64,000 nt of DNA. Source: Methanothrix harundinacea. Lineage in GTDB: Archaea; Halobacteriota; Methanosarcinia; Methanotrichales; Methanotrichaceae. How positions within the stretch are numbered: position 1 is the stretch's first letter; each line of letters starts with the position of its first letter. Of this stretch, positions 9,159-18,443 are shown piece by piece. The position numbers and the translations under genes are program-made. The stretch is taken from assembly GCA_002502785.1 (NCBI GenBank), contig DAQG01000046.1, positions 4,018 through 68,017 of the forward strand. The letters are read 5' to 3'. The notes under the pieces were generated by a model. It searched no databases, was not told where the DNA came from, and worked only from the letters and a program-made list of their open reading frames with translations.

Positions 9159-9743
9159 GTGATGAGGCCGCACTGGTCGGTTCTGGGGCGCGAAGAGCAG
9201 CACAGGACCATCGACCGGGGCGAGACCGAGCCCTTCGATATCGCCATACCCCTCCCAGCCAAAGACCGAGCCGATCCCGAGAATACCTCGCAGGGCGTCG
9301 ACTTATTCTGGGAGTGGTTCAGGTGCACCGGGTGCGGCAGGTGCTGCTATACACCCGGTGCCGGCCTCTACCTCGACAGAGAGGACATGGAGCGGATCTG
9401 CCGGCATCTCGGCTGGTCGATTAAGAGGTTGAAGAGCCTATGCAGACGCGACAAGGTCCTGAAGGCTTGGGCTCTGAAGCAGCCCTGCCCCTTCTACGAT
9501 CCCGAGGGGAAAGGTTGCACCATCTACCCTGCAAGACCCCTCACCTGCACCCGCTACCCTCTTCACCCGCCCCTCAAAGAGATGCCCTACAACCTGGCCG
9601 TCGACGCCTTCTGCCCCGCGGCCAGGGAGTTTGTTAAGGATACCCTGGGCTGGTGGATCGTCTGCGAGACGAACTGGGCTCGAATTCTGAGGGATATGGA
9701 AAAAGAGGAGAACGAGAGGAATAGGGATCTTGGTGGGCGATAA
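9159..9743 (+). CDS. YkgJ-family (UPF0153) cysteine-cluster protein
   Basis: Motifs CTGCGRCCYTP, CPFYDPEGKGCTIYPARPLTCTRYP and AFCPA. The start is uncertain: the same frame stays open and protein-like upstream to about 8955 but has no ATG/GTG/TTG there. Confidence 0.6.
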   Translation: MMRPHWSVLGREEQHRTIDRGETEPFDIAIPLPAKDRADPENTSQGVDLFWEWFRCTGCGRCCYTPGAGLYLDREDMERICRHLGWSIKRLKSLCRRDKVLKAWALKQPCPFYDPEGKGCTIYPARPLTCTRYPLHPPLKEMPYNLAVDAFCPAAREFVKDTLGWWIVCETNWARILRDMEKEENERNRDLGGR

Positions 9744-9748
9744 AGAGG

Positions 9749-10429
9749 TCAGAACATCTCTCTATGGATCATCTGATCCACGATATCGCAAAATCCAGCA
9801 CCGAACTCGAACTCTGAAACGTACTCCGACTCCGCCTTCAACTCCGGCACGGCGTTCGCGACCGATGCCCGGAAACCCGCGACCCTGAACATTGGCAGGT
9901 CGCTTATGCTGTCGCCCACCGCGGCGACCTCGTCCCGACGAAGGCCGAGCCGGTCCATCACCTTACCGAGGGCTTGCCCTTTGTCCACCTTTCGATCTTT
10001 TATGTGGACGGCAAAGCCGCTGTCGACGAGGTCCGCCTCCAGACCCCAGCCTTCGAGGCGGGATGTGGCCTCAACTACGTTGAAGTTCGACTCGACGACG
10101 AGATCTGTCATTCTGTACCGCGAGTCCATCCTCGATAGGGGGTAGACCTCTTTGAGGCGGAGGTATGCCTCCTGGCAGATCGTGGGGTCGGATAGGAGTT
10201 CGGTTTCTCCCTCGGACCAGGAGACGATGCCGCCGTTCTCGGCGATGAAGGTCCTGCTGGTCCCCAGCAGGACCGCCGCGGCCCGTGTGAAACAGTGGAC
10301 ATTTCCCGTCACTAGGATGACCTGGGTGCGGGAGTTCAGACTTTGAACGGCCTCTACCGCCGGTGGTGAGAGCAGCCTCTTATCGTCGGTGAGGGTCCCA
10401 TCGATGTCGAGAGCGACGGCCCTGATCAA
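9749..10429 (-). CDS. HAD-superfamily phosphatase (archaeal phosphoglycolate phosphatase / SPP-like)
   Basis: [14 protein letters not shown]...VILVTGN...IAENGG...GDSISD are HAD motifs I-IV. The listed 392-aa ORF extends into radA and is Arg/Pro-rich junk there. I place the start at TTG 10427-10429, which overlaps the radA stop (ATTGA). Confidence 0.65.
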   Translation of the reverse strand: MIRAVALDIDGTLTDDKRLLSPPAVEAVQSLNSRTQVILVTGNVHCFTRAAAVLLGTSRTFIAENGGIVSWSEGETELLSDPTICQEAYLRLKEVYPLSRMDSRYRMTDLVVESNFNVVEATSRLEGWGLEADLVDSGFAVHIKDRKVDKGQALGKVMDRLGLRRDEVAAVGDSISDLPMFRVAGFRASVANAVPELKAESEYVSEFEFGAGFCDIVDQMIHREMF

Positions 10430-11406
10430 TCCTGCAACCCCGCTGTGGTCACCGAAAAGACCGCCTCGCCATCGGGGAGGTTCGGCGAGTCCACGAGCCT
10501 TGCTATCCTCTTTTCTCCCTTGGATTTCCGGAGGTATATCCTGAAGGTGGCGGTGTGACCTACGATGTGGCCTCCTACGGGCTTTGTGGGGTCTCCGAAG
10601 AAGGCGTCGGGCTTTGCCATCACCTGGTTTGTCACGAGAACGACGGCGTTGTTCAGGTCGGCGAAACGCACCAGGGTGTGGAGGTGCTTGTTCAGCTTCT
10701 GTTGCCGATCGGCAAGGGTTCCCCTCCCCACGTACTCGGCCCTGAAGTGGGCGGTCAGGGAGTCTTCGATCAAAAGCTTCACCGGCTTTCCGGACTTTTT
10801 CAACTTCTCGGCTAGGTCGAGGGCGCTCTCGACCAGGAGGATCTGATGGTTGGAGTTGTAAGCTCTGGCCACGTGTATGTTTTTCAAAAACTCCTCGGGA
10901 TCCCAAGGTTTGTCCGGATCCTCGCAAGGAGGAAGCCCTTCGACCATCTGGAGGATCCTTTCGGGCCTGAAAGTGTTCTCGGTATCGATTATAATCACCG
11001 AACCGTCGAGTCCGCCCATCTCTATTGGAAGCTGGACCTTGACCGCCACCTGGTGGGCTATCTGGGTCTTGCCGGACCCGAACTCGCCGTATAGCTCCAC
11101 GATCGACTGGGTCTCAAACCCTCCGCCCATCAGGGCGTCGAAGGTCTCGCTGCCGGTCGTAACCTTCCCGACAAGCTTTCTCCTTTCCATCACCTGATCG
11201 CCGGTCTCAAACCCCCCGATGTCCGCGGCCTCCCTGGCCGAGGCGATGATCTTGGCAGCCGTCGACTCGCCCACGTCGGCGCAGGCCGCAAGCTGCGCTG
11301 GCGAGGCCACCGCCAGGGCCTCGACGCTGGCAAACCCCGCCTCTCTCAGCTTCTCTGCCGTGGCCGGACCCACCCCGGAGAGATCTTCCAGTAATATTTC
11401 AGCCAT
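10426..11406 (-). CDS. radA: DNA repair and recombination protein RadA
   Basis: N-terminal HhH ([20 protein letters not shown]), Walker A (GEFGSGKTQ) and full-length similarity to archaeal RadA. Confidence 0.95.
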   Translation of the reverse strand: MAEILLEDLSGVGPATAEKLREAGFASVEALAVASPAQLAACADVGESTAAKIIASAREAADIGGFETGDQVMERRKLVGKVTTGSETFDALMGGGFETQSIVELYGEFGSGKTQIAHQVAVKVQLPIEMGGLDGSVIIIDTENTFRPERILQMVEGLPPCEDPDKPWDPEEFLKNIHVARAYNSNHQILLVESALDLAEKLKKSGKPVKLLIEDSLTAHFRAEYVGRGTLADRQQKLNKHLHTLVRFADLNNAVVLVTNQVMAKPDAFFGDPTKPVGGHIVGHTATFRIYLRKSKGEKRIARLVDSPNLPDGEAVFSVTTAGLQD

Positions 11407-11456
11407 ATTTCACCAATCCCAAATGGACCAAAAGACCCTTCTCGACTTTAACCCCT

Positions 11457-12563
11457 TTACTCGGGCGGGGCGAAAGTAACCTTGGTGCTCCATCCGCAGC
11501 TGACCTCCAGCTCGCCGTTCCACCCCTCCTTCGCCTGGCAGTCGACAAGCTCGATCCGGGAGCCCAGGTCCAGGTTTTCGATCAGCCTGACGTGATCGTT
11601 CCAGAGGGCGACCCTCACACGTCCGGTCTCGTCGGAGACGTAGATGTTGGCGACCCTCCCCACTGTCCCGTCGTCCCGCTCAAACTCCCGGACCTCGCCC
11701 AGGCCCGTGACAAAGCCGGATATGCTGTAGATAGATCCGGGAGCAAGCTCCGAGACATGTGTGATCTTCTCCTGATACTCGACTAAAACGTCGCTTTTTC
11801 TCACCACCGAGTAGCCTCCGGCCTGGATCTCGACCTGGCCGTACCTCTCCCGGGAGAGGGCGTTAATCACCTCCAGGGTATCACCCTCACAAAGGTCCAT
11901 TTCCGCCTTCTCGTTCCAGAGGGTGAGCCTGATCTTGCCGGAATCGTCGCCGAGGGTGACAGACTTAACCCGGCCGACGGAGCCGTCCCGCCGCGCGAAC
12001 TCGCGAACCATTCCGGGGTCTACGACCTTTGCGAGGATGGTGATGTCGCCCATGTCGGCCCTTATCTCCGAGATCTTGTGGGGCTCGACCCTGGTCTGGA
12101 TCTGGGCCTCCACCTCCTCAAGGCCGCCACGATCGACCGTCACTTCGGTTCCGAAGTAACCCTCCCGCGTGAAGCCTCTGATCCTGAAGGTCTGATCGAC
12201 CTTTAGCTCACCGCTGGATACGGGCTCCACCAGCTCGTCCCAGAGGACGACTCGTACGGTCCCGGTCTCATCGCCGATGGCGAGGTTTGCAACCCGACCG
12301 GGCGATCCGTCGCCGCGGGCGAACTCGTGGACTTCAGAGATGGATACGATCTTGCCGACGAAGGTGACCTTGCCGGTCTCGGGCCTGATCCGGTCGATCT
12401 TCAGCTCCACCTCGCCGAACTCCCGCGCGACGAGCATCGCCGCCGTCCTCCTGTCGCAGAGCTCGCCCATTAGCTGGACCTTCTCCTCAACCCTTTGTTC
12501 GAACTCCTGTGGCGAGATCTGACCTGATATCTGGTCGTAGATCTCTCCGATCTCCTGGTCCAT
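11457..12563 (-). CDS. Replication protein A (multi-OB-fold ssDNA-binding protein)
   Basis: Three to four repeats of the OB pattern ..V..V.EF.R.DGS.GRVAN..IGDETG..R..LW... I prefer the start MDQEIGEIYDQ (M26 of the ORF) because it clears the upstream gene stop at 12578. Confidence 0.75.
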   Translation of the reverse strand: MDQEIGEIYDQISGQISPQEFEQRVEEKVQLMGELCDRRTAAMLVAREFGEVELKIDRIRPETGKVTFVGKIVSISEVHEFARGDGSPGRVANLAIGDETGTVRVVLWDELVEPVSSGELKVDQTFRIRGFTREGYFGTEVTVDRGGLEEVEAQIQTRVEPHKISEIRADMGDITILAKVVDPGMVREFARRDGSVGRVKSVTLGDDSGKIRLTLWNEKAEMDLCEGDTLEVINALSRERYGQVEIQAGGYSVVRKSDVLVEYQEKITHVSELAPGSIYSISGFVTGLGEVREFERDDGTVGRVANIYVSDETGRVRVALWNDHVRLIENLDLGSRIELVDCQAKEGWNGELEVSCGWSTKVTFAPPE

Positions 12564-12577
12564 GAAATCCACCTTCT

Positions 12578-14308
12578 TCAGGCCTTCCCTGTCGGGGCTG
12601 TCGTCTCGGGAGGGTGCTTGAGGTACGATGCGTCGCACCGGGAGACGAAGATGTCGCAGACCTGGGCCGGGTCGCCGTCCATGAATACAGCGCCGTCGTC
12701 GATCAAAACCGCCCTGTGAGAGATCTCCCGGACGAAGTCGACGTGATGGCTGACGAGGAGGATGGTGGTTCCGAACTCGGCGTTGATCCGCTTTATGGCA
12801 TTTGAGACGTCCCGGAGGGTTATGGGGTCGATGTCTCCGAAGGGCTCGTCGAGGACGAGGATCTTGGGGTTTGAGGCCAGAAGAAGGGCGAGGGACACCC
12901 TCACTTTCTCGCCACCGCTGAGCTGGTGGGGGTATTTGTCCAAAACCGAGAGGTCCAGGTCCAGGACCTTGAATACCGGCTCTGCGTACTTTTTAGCCTC
13001 CGTCGATGGGAACCTCGGGAATAGCTCGACGGAGACCTCGGTGGTGAGTCCAAGCTTGTCCAGGACCGCTTTCGCGTCCTCCTCCGTCATGTCGGTGAGG
13101 GCGTATATCACGTCCAGAACCTTGTCGCTTATGCCGAGTTCGTTCGCCATCCTTCGGGCGTGCTCGATGACGTCCTGGCCTTTGACCCCTAGCTTGTAGC
13201 CGATCTGCTCAAGAACCGTCTCGCGGGGGGCTAGGGCAAACTCCTGGTACATTATCCCCAGGTTTCTTCGAACCTCAACCCTCTCCCGCGAGTACTCAAC
13301 CATGTCGACCCAGCTGTCTGCGAGCTTGTAGAGGACGGAGCCCTCGTCGGGCCGCGCCAGCCCCTGGATTATCTTGAGGAGAGTGGTCTTCCCTGTGCCG
13401 CTAGATCCGATCAGAGATGTGATCTCGCCTTCTCTTATGTCCAGGTTCAGGTCCTCGATTCTGAGGACCTCACCTGTGCCAACGAGGTAGTTTCTCTTGT
13501 AGAGGCCAACCACCTTGATGGCGGGCGGGGCGTCCGGCCTGGGGGCCAGGGGGTCGGCTTCGCCCAGGAGGGATAAGAACCTGTCCAAAACCTCTTCGGG
13601 CTCGCCCTCATCCCGGATCTCGCCCTTGTCCAGCCAGATCAGCCTGTTGGCCAGGTACCTGTGAACCTCGGGCAGGTGGGATACGACGACGGTGGTAATC
13701 CCGAGCTTGAGGTTGACGTTTTTAATGGCGTCGAGGACCTCCTGCTTTGTCGCTGGACATGCCATGGTGGCGGGCTCGTCGAGGAGGAGTAGCTTAGGCT
13801 TTTTGGCGAGCTGCCTTGCGATCAGCAGCCTCTGCTTCTCGCCGCCGCTAAGGATCGTGGCGAGCTGCTTCGCCTTTTTCTGCAAGCCTACGACCTTCAG
13901 GTACTCCATCGCCTCGGCCATCACGTCCTCGTATTCGGGGTCGTATTTCGTGGGGATCGTCTCGTAACCGGTCTTGCGAGAGTAGACCCGCTTTGCCACG
14001 TTGTTCAAGGCCGATTCGGTCCAAAGGCCGAAGTCTCTCTGGAGGTGGATGGCAGTTACCAGCCTCTGTTTTTGCATAATCTCCTCCCCCGAGTCGGGCA
14101 TGATCTCGAGGCCGTCGATCTCGATCCGGCCGGAGTCGAAGGTCTCAACGCCGCGCAGGATCTTCATGAGAGTACTCTTGCCGCTGCCGCTTTTTCCCAC
14201 AATTCCAAGGATCTCGCCCTCTTCGGTGGTGAAGCTCACCCCTTTCAGGGCCTCAACTTGGTGATCTTTAAGCTGGTAGACTTTGGATAAGTTCTCAACT
14301 TGGAGCAA
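12578..14308 (-). CDS. atwA: Tandem-NBD ABC ATPase without a permease partner; probable methyl-CoM reductase system component A2
   Basis: Two complete ABC cassettes: GKSGSGKST/LSGGEKQR/LLLLDEP and GSSGTGKTT/LSGGEKVR/ILVLDEP. Length is 576 aa with no adjacent transmembrane gene, in a methanogen. The A2 assignment comes from architecture and memory of the family, not from a search. Confidence 0.6.
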   Translation of the reverse strand: MLQVENLSKVYQLKDHQVEALKGVSFTTEEGEILGIVGKSGSGKSTLMKILRGVETFDSGRIEIDGLEIMPDSGEEIMQKQRLVTAIHLQRDFGLWTESALNNVAKRVYSRKTGYETIPTKYDPEYEDVMAEAMEYLKVVGLQKKAKQLATILSGGEKQRLLIARQLAKKPKLLLLDEPATMACPATKQEVLDAIKNVNLKLGITTVVVSHLPEVHRYLANRLIWLDKGEIRDEGEPEEVLDRFLSLLGEADPLAPRPDAPPAIKVVGLYKRNYLVGTGEVLRIEDLNLDIREGEITSLIGSSGTGKTTLLKIIQGLARPDEGSVLYKLADSWVDMVEYSRERVEVRRNLGIMYQEFALAPRETVLEQIGYKLGVKGQDVIEHARRMANELGISDKVLDVIYALTDMTEEDAKAVLDKLGLTTEVSVELFPRFPSTEAKKYAEPVFKVLDLDLSVLDKYPHQLSGGEKVRVSLALLLASNPKILVLDEPFGDIDPITLRDVSNAIKRINAEFGTTILLVSHHVDFVREISHRAVLIDDGAVFMDGDPAQVCDIFVSRCDASYLKHPPETTAPTGKA

Positions 14309-14500
14309 TATCAGGACCTCCTCATATCTTCATCTCTACAAATCCGGAATTTGACGTAAATTTTTTGGTGAATGTTCATCTCGTCCAGCCTTCAGAAGGT
14401 ATCGGTTCTCGGCGGGTTTAGCCTTCAAAATATCGGAAACTTTGGGTCGGTCAGGAAAATCGAATCGAGATCGACTCGATCCTGACCGATCCGGCGTACC

Positions 14501-16525
14501 TCAGCGAATCTTGGATCCCGGGGGGACCGCCTTCTCCGGCGTCAGCAGGACCGCGGAGTCTCCCATGTCTGCGGCCAGAAGCATCCCCCGGGACTCGACG
14601 CCGAAGAGCTTGGCAGGCTCCAGATTGGCGAGGACGACGATCTGCCGCCCTACCAGATCCTCGGGACTGTGGGTCATGGCGATCCCAGCCACGATCTGCC
14701 TCTCCTCGGACCCTATATCGACGATCAGGCGAAGGAGCTTGTTTGATCCCTTGATACTCTCTGCTTCCAACACCACCCCGACTCTGATGTCGAGGTTCTT
14801 GAAATCTTCAAATTTTATGGTGCTCATCTTATCTTCACTCTTCTTCTCTCCCTTCTTCGCTTCGATGGCAGCTATCCTCGCCCTAAATACTTCATCGAGG
14901 TCTGATACCATCGAGTCGTCCATCTTGTCGAAGATGTGCTCAGGGACGCCGAGCCTTCTTCCCGCCTCTACGGGGACTAGGGCGTCGTCGAATAGGGCTT
15001 CAGCTGCGGTCCCCTCAAGCCCCAGCTGCTTCCAGGCCGACTCCATCTTCGCCGGCATCACCGGCTGGAGCATGATCGAGAGAGCCTTTGCGATCTGGAG
15101 GCAGTTTCTTAAGACGGCACCGCATCGGGCCCGGTCTGTCTTGGCCAGCTTCCAGGGCTCGTTCGCCTGGAAGTAGGTGTTCCCATAGTCGGCCAGGGAC
15201 ATGGCACCGTCGACCAGCTTCTTGAACTCGTACTCATCGAGGGCGGCTTTCACCTCGGCAAGGGTCGCCTCGATCTTCGACGTCACCTCCGGGTCGAGGT
15301 CGCCTTCGGGAATGGTTTGGTCGAAGTTCTTGGTGGTGAAGGTGGCGGCCCTGTTGACGAAGTTGCCCAGGGCCCCTACAAGCTCGCCGTTCACCTTCTC
15401 CCCGAAGACCGTCCAGGAGAAGTTCAGCTCTTTTGTGTGGGAGGTGTAGGAGGCGAGGTAGTACCGCAGAAGGTCCGGGTGTAGCCCCTTCTCCAGGTAG
15501 TCGTCTATCACCCAGACGACGTAGCCCCTGCTCTTGGAGAACGTCTTGTTATCGATCTTCAGCATCCCGCTGGCGACGACGGCGCTCGGGAGGGTGTAGC
15601 TTGCCCCCTTCAACATCGCTGACCAGAATATGCAGTGATGGTATACGATGTCGCCTCCGATGAAGTGGACGATTCTAGAGGGCTTTTTCCAGTAGCTTTC
15701 CCAGCTGCCTCCGGATCGCTTCGCCCACTCTTCGGTGAAGGAGATGTAGCCTATGGGCGCGTCCACCCAGACGTAGACGACCAGCCCCTCCTGGCCGGGA
15801 AACTTGACACCCCACTCGAGGTTTCTGGTGATGCACCAGTCTTTCAGCTCCTGCTTGACCCACTCGAGGGCGTAGTTTCTGGCGTTCGATGTCCCTCCCA
15901 GCCCCTCTAGATAATCGATCAGAAAATCGCTGAAGTCCGAGAGCCTGAAGAAATAGTGTTTCTGGGTCCGATATTCCGCTTCGCTTCCGCAGACCTTGCA
16001 GAGGGGCTCCTCTATCTCGCCGGGTTCCAGGTGGCGGCCGCATCCCTGGTCGCATTCGTCGCCTCTGGCGGGGGATTTGCAGTAGGGGCAGGTCCCCTCG
16101 ACGTATCTATCGGGAAGGAAGCGATCGCAGGAGGGACAGTAGGCGAGCTGGATCTCCTGGGGGTAGACGTACCCCTCGCCCATCAGGGCTTCGACGATCG
16201 ACTGGGTCCGGCTGTGGTTGGAGGGGTCGTCGGTGTTTCCGAAGTAATCGAACTCCACTTCCATGCGCTTGAATACGTCGTCGAAATGGTCGTGGTATCG
16301 AGTCACAAGCTCTGTGGGGGTTGTTCCCCTCTCCTCGGCGTTGACGACGATGGGGGTACCGTGAGAGTCGGATCCGCAGATGAAGATGGGGCCCTTTCCC
16401 ATCTTCTTCAGCCCCCTGACGTAGATGTCAGCGGGCACGTAGGTTCTCAGGTGCCCGATGTGACAGGGGCCGTTGGCATAGGGCAGTCCACAAGTTACGA
16501 GTATGGGAAGTTCGGATGAAGGCAA
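14501..16525 (-). CDS. metG: Methionyl-tRNA synthetase with C-terminal tRNA-binding (EMAP/Trbp111-like) domain
   Basis: [13 protein letters not shown] (HIGH), zinc knuckles CPYC/CDQGC/CKVCG, KFSKSRG (KMSKS) and the C-terminal motif [27 protein letters not shown]. The listed ORF starts at 16609, giving an implausible 40-aa extension. I prefer TTG at 16523-16525, which is preceded by AGGTG. Confidence 0.9.
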   Translation of the reverse strand: MPSSELPILVTCGLPYANGPCHIGHLRTYVPADIYVRGLKKMGKGPIFICGSDSHGTPIVVNAEERGTTPTELVTRYHDHFDDVFKRMEVEFDYFGNTDDPSNHSRTQSIVEALMGEGYVYPQEIQLAYCPSCDRFLPDRYVEGTCPYCKSPARGDECDQGCGRHLEPGEIEEPLCKVCGSEAEYRTQKHYFFRLSDFSDFLIDYLEGLGGTSNARNYALEWVKQELKDWCITRNLEWGVKFPGQEGLVVYVWVDAPIGYISFTEEWAKRSGGSWESYWKKPSRIVHFIGGDIVYHHCIFWSAMLKGASYTLPSAVVASGMLKIDNKTFSKSRGYVVWVIDDYLEKGLHPDLLRYYLASYTSHTKELNFSWTVFGEKVNGELVGALGNFVNRAATFTTKNFDQTIPEGDLDPEVTSKIEATLAEVKAALDEYEFKKLVDGAMSLADYGNTYFQANEPWKLAKTDRARCGAVLRNCLQIAKALSIMLQPVMPAKMESAWKQLGLEGTAAEALFDDALVPVEAGRRLGVPEHIFDKMDDSMVSDLDEVFRARIAAIEAKKGEKKSEDKMSTIKFEDFKNLDIRVGVVLEAESIKGSNKLLRLIVDIGSEERQIVAGIAMTHSPEDLVGRQIVVLANLEPAKLFGVESRGMLLAADMGDSAVLLTPEKAVPPGSKIR

Positions 16526-16994
16526 ATCAGAACACCTAGCGAGGCTATGCCCAAACTTCCTGATATACGTTTCCCATCTAAAAAAAAGAGATAACAGCGA
16601 GCACGACACTGCCGCCGACGTGCACAGTGCACCGAGCTGCGGGACGAGGTTCTGTTAGAGCTTCGCCCTTTGGTCGACGTGCAGCAGGTCTTTTTAGCCC
16701 TTCGGTCCTTTTTGGTTGAGGGGAGAGGCAACCTGCCCTGTAAAACTTAATCGAGAAACCTAATTGAGCGCCGGATCAGATAACTAAGACCTCCAGACAA
16801 TCTGCATGCGAGAGCAAATTACTTAAATGCCGAGATGCATAGAACCTGAAGGTTACGATGGAGGATTCGCGAAATCGCCCATTCTAGCTACAAATTTAAC
16901 TGCATACAAGTGGGCAAATATCAGTTTGATTTTAATTTGCGATTAGGTTTTCACGAATCCTAGAAGTTGAGAGCTAATAAAAACGTGGGAACGT

Positions 16995-18443
16995 ATGGAT
17001 ATGGACGAAAGAGATCTGGTGAAGCAAGTAAGGGCGTTCGCAAGTTCAGAGTTGAGATTGAATATTTTACTTTGTTTAAAAAACGGTGAAATGGATATAA
17101 ATGATTTACAGAAAGAGCTGGGTGGCAGAAACACCACAATTCTGCACGCAATCAGGGATATGAGCGATTCCAGCCTGATCACCAAAAATCGATATGGGTA
17201 TATGCTTACTAATCTTGGCAAAATAAAAACAAGCCTTTTAGAAAACGTCATGAGCGTTTTCGAGAATCTGGAGATGAACCCCGATTTTTGGCTGAACCAT
17301 GACATAAGCAGCATACCGCCAGAAATATTGGAACGGCTGAGCATGCTTTTCCAATCGGATATAATATTCTCAGATCCCTCAACACCTTTGAAGTGCCATG
17401 AAAGCTTGGTATCGATGTTGGCCAAGTCAAAGAAAATATTCGCAATTTTACCCGTATTGATATTTCCAAAAGAGTCTGACATATTTATAAACACTCTTAG
17501 AAAAGGAAGCCAAGTAGATCTGTTAATTACTGACAAAGTTGCAGGAACCCTTCTCGATGAAAATGGCATGTTATCATCAAAATTTAAGAAGTCGCTCAAA
17601 TTCGAGAATTTCAATTTACGTCTGACCACTGAGGACATTAAGCTCGTTTTAATAGTCACCGAATCGTTTGTTTATCTGGGGCTCTGGAGGCATGACGGTG
17701 TCTATGATGTCGGATCCGGGACAATTTATACGGGAAAATGCGCTGTGACCTGGGGCATGCAGCTATTCGAATATTATTTAGAGAGATCCACCAATATAGG
17801 TGAGGGGGTGTTGATGGAAGTATCATCAAAGCAAAAACTCTCTACTTTTGGCGGGGCTCAGGCTGTCCCGTGCACGGGACAAGGACCGAACCCGGCAGTG
17901 GTCGATACCGTCATGCTCGTTGAGGATAATATGGGCCATGCTGCTTTTATCCGTCGGTTGTTCGAAGAGGGCGATTCGAAATGGGACTTCCATCACGTTA
18001 TGAACCTTCGGGATGCTTTGAGGTGGATCGGGGAAAATAAAGACAGACCATTTCTGATCGTTGCAGACTACCTTCTTCCGGACGGCCGCGGCTTGGATCT
18101 GGCAAGGAACGCAGAGAGCCCGATGGACGTGGGTTTTCCCCTGATAATACTCACCGGGTTTGGCTCGGAGAAGATCGCAGTTCAAGCCTTCAAGTCCGGG
18201 GCCATGGATTACGTGGTAAAGGACGCAGAGAGCATGCTGAAGCTTCCGGAGATTTCAAAACGGGCTATACGCAAGTGGCTAGAGTACAAAGGACAAAAGT
18301 CTGAGAAGGACGATATGCAGGGTTCTATAAGACTTAACGACGCGGAATCTCGTCAAAAAAAAGGGCGCTCAAAATGTAGTGCGCGACCCCTCCCCCAAGA
18401 TTTTCCGTCGCCCTTAAGCCCCCGGACGCTTACGCTTCGGTAG
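16995..18443 (+). CDS. Fusion protein: ArsR-like wHTH + DUF1724 (Msr-type methanogen regulator) + C-terminal CheY-like receiver domain
   Basis: The N-terminal part (SELRLNILLCLKNGEMDINDLQKEL...YMLTNLGKIK...NPDFWLNHDISSIPPEILERL) matches the wHTH/DUF1724 pattern. The C-terminal part (VMLVEDNMGHAAFI...LIVADYLLPDGRGLDL...LIILTGFG...GAMDYVVKD) is a receiver domain. It is one uninterrupted ORF whose 3' end overlaps the convergent kinase gene by 14 nt. Confidence 0.65.
   Translation: MDMDERDLVKQVRAFASSELRLNILLCLKNGEMDINDLQKELGGRNTTILHAIRDMSDSSLITKNRYGYMLTNLGKIKTSLLENVMSVFENLEMNPDFWLNHDISSIPPEILERLSMLFQSDIIFSDPSTPLKCHESLVSMLAKSKKIFAILPVLIFPKESDIFINTLRKGSQVDLLITDKVAGTLLDENGMLSSKFKKSLKFENFNLRLTTEDIKLVLIVTESFVYLGLWRHDGVYDVGSGTIYTGKCAVTWGMQLFEYYLERSTNIGEGVLMEVSSKQKLSTFGGAQAVPCTGQGPNPAVVDTVMLVEDNMGHAAFIRRLFEEGDSKWDFHHVMNLRDALRWIGENKDRPFLIVADYLLPDGRGLDLARNAESPMDVGFPLIILTGFGSEKIAVQAFKSGAMDYVVKDAESMLKLPEISKRAIRKWLEYKGQKSEKDDMQGSIRLNDAESRQKKGRSKCSARPLPQDFPSPLSPRTLTLR

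Noticed and set aside
10430-10927. The N-terminal 166 aa of the listed 392-aa ORF 9749-10927.
   Set aside because: This part overlaps radA in another frame and is Arg/Pro-rich junk. The HAD motif I (DIDGTL) lies right after a TTG that overlaps the radA stop, so I shortened the gene.
16526-16609. The N-terminal extension of metG ([28 protein letters not shown]).
   Set aside because: MetRS homologs begin a few residues before LPYANG. The extension contains the T8 tract, and a TTG with an AGGTG site lies at 16525.
16600-16750. Whether the GC-rich segment upstream of metG is an SRP (7S) RNA or RNase P RNA gene.
   Set aside because: I could not find the conserved SRP helix-8 motif (GGAA-capped AGCA/GNAR) or the RNase P CR-I/CR-V motifs (GAGGAAAGUCC, ACAGAAnnnGGCUUA). 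Only a vague ACAGAACC match was present, and the segment is too short.
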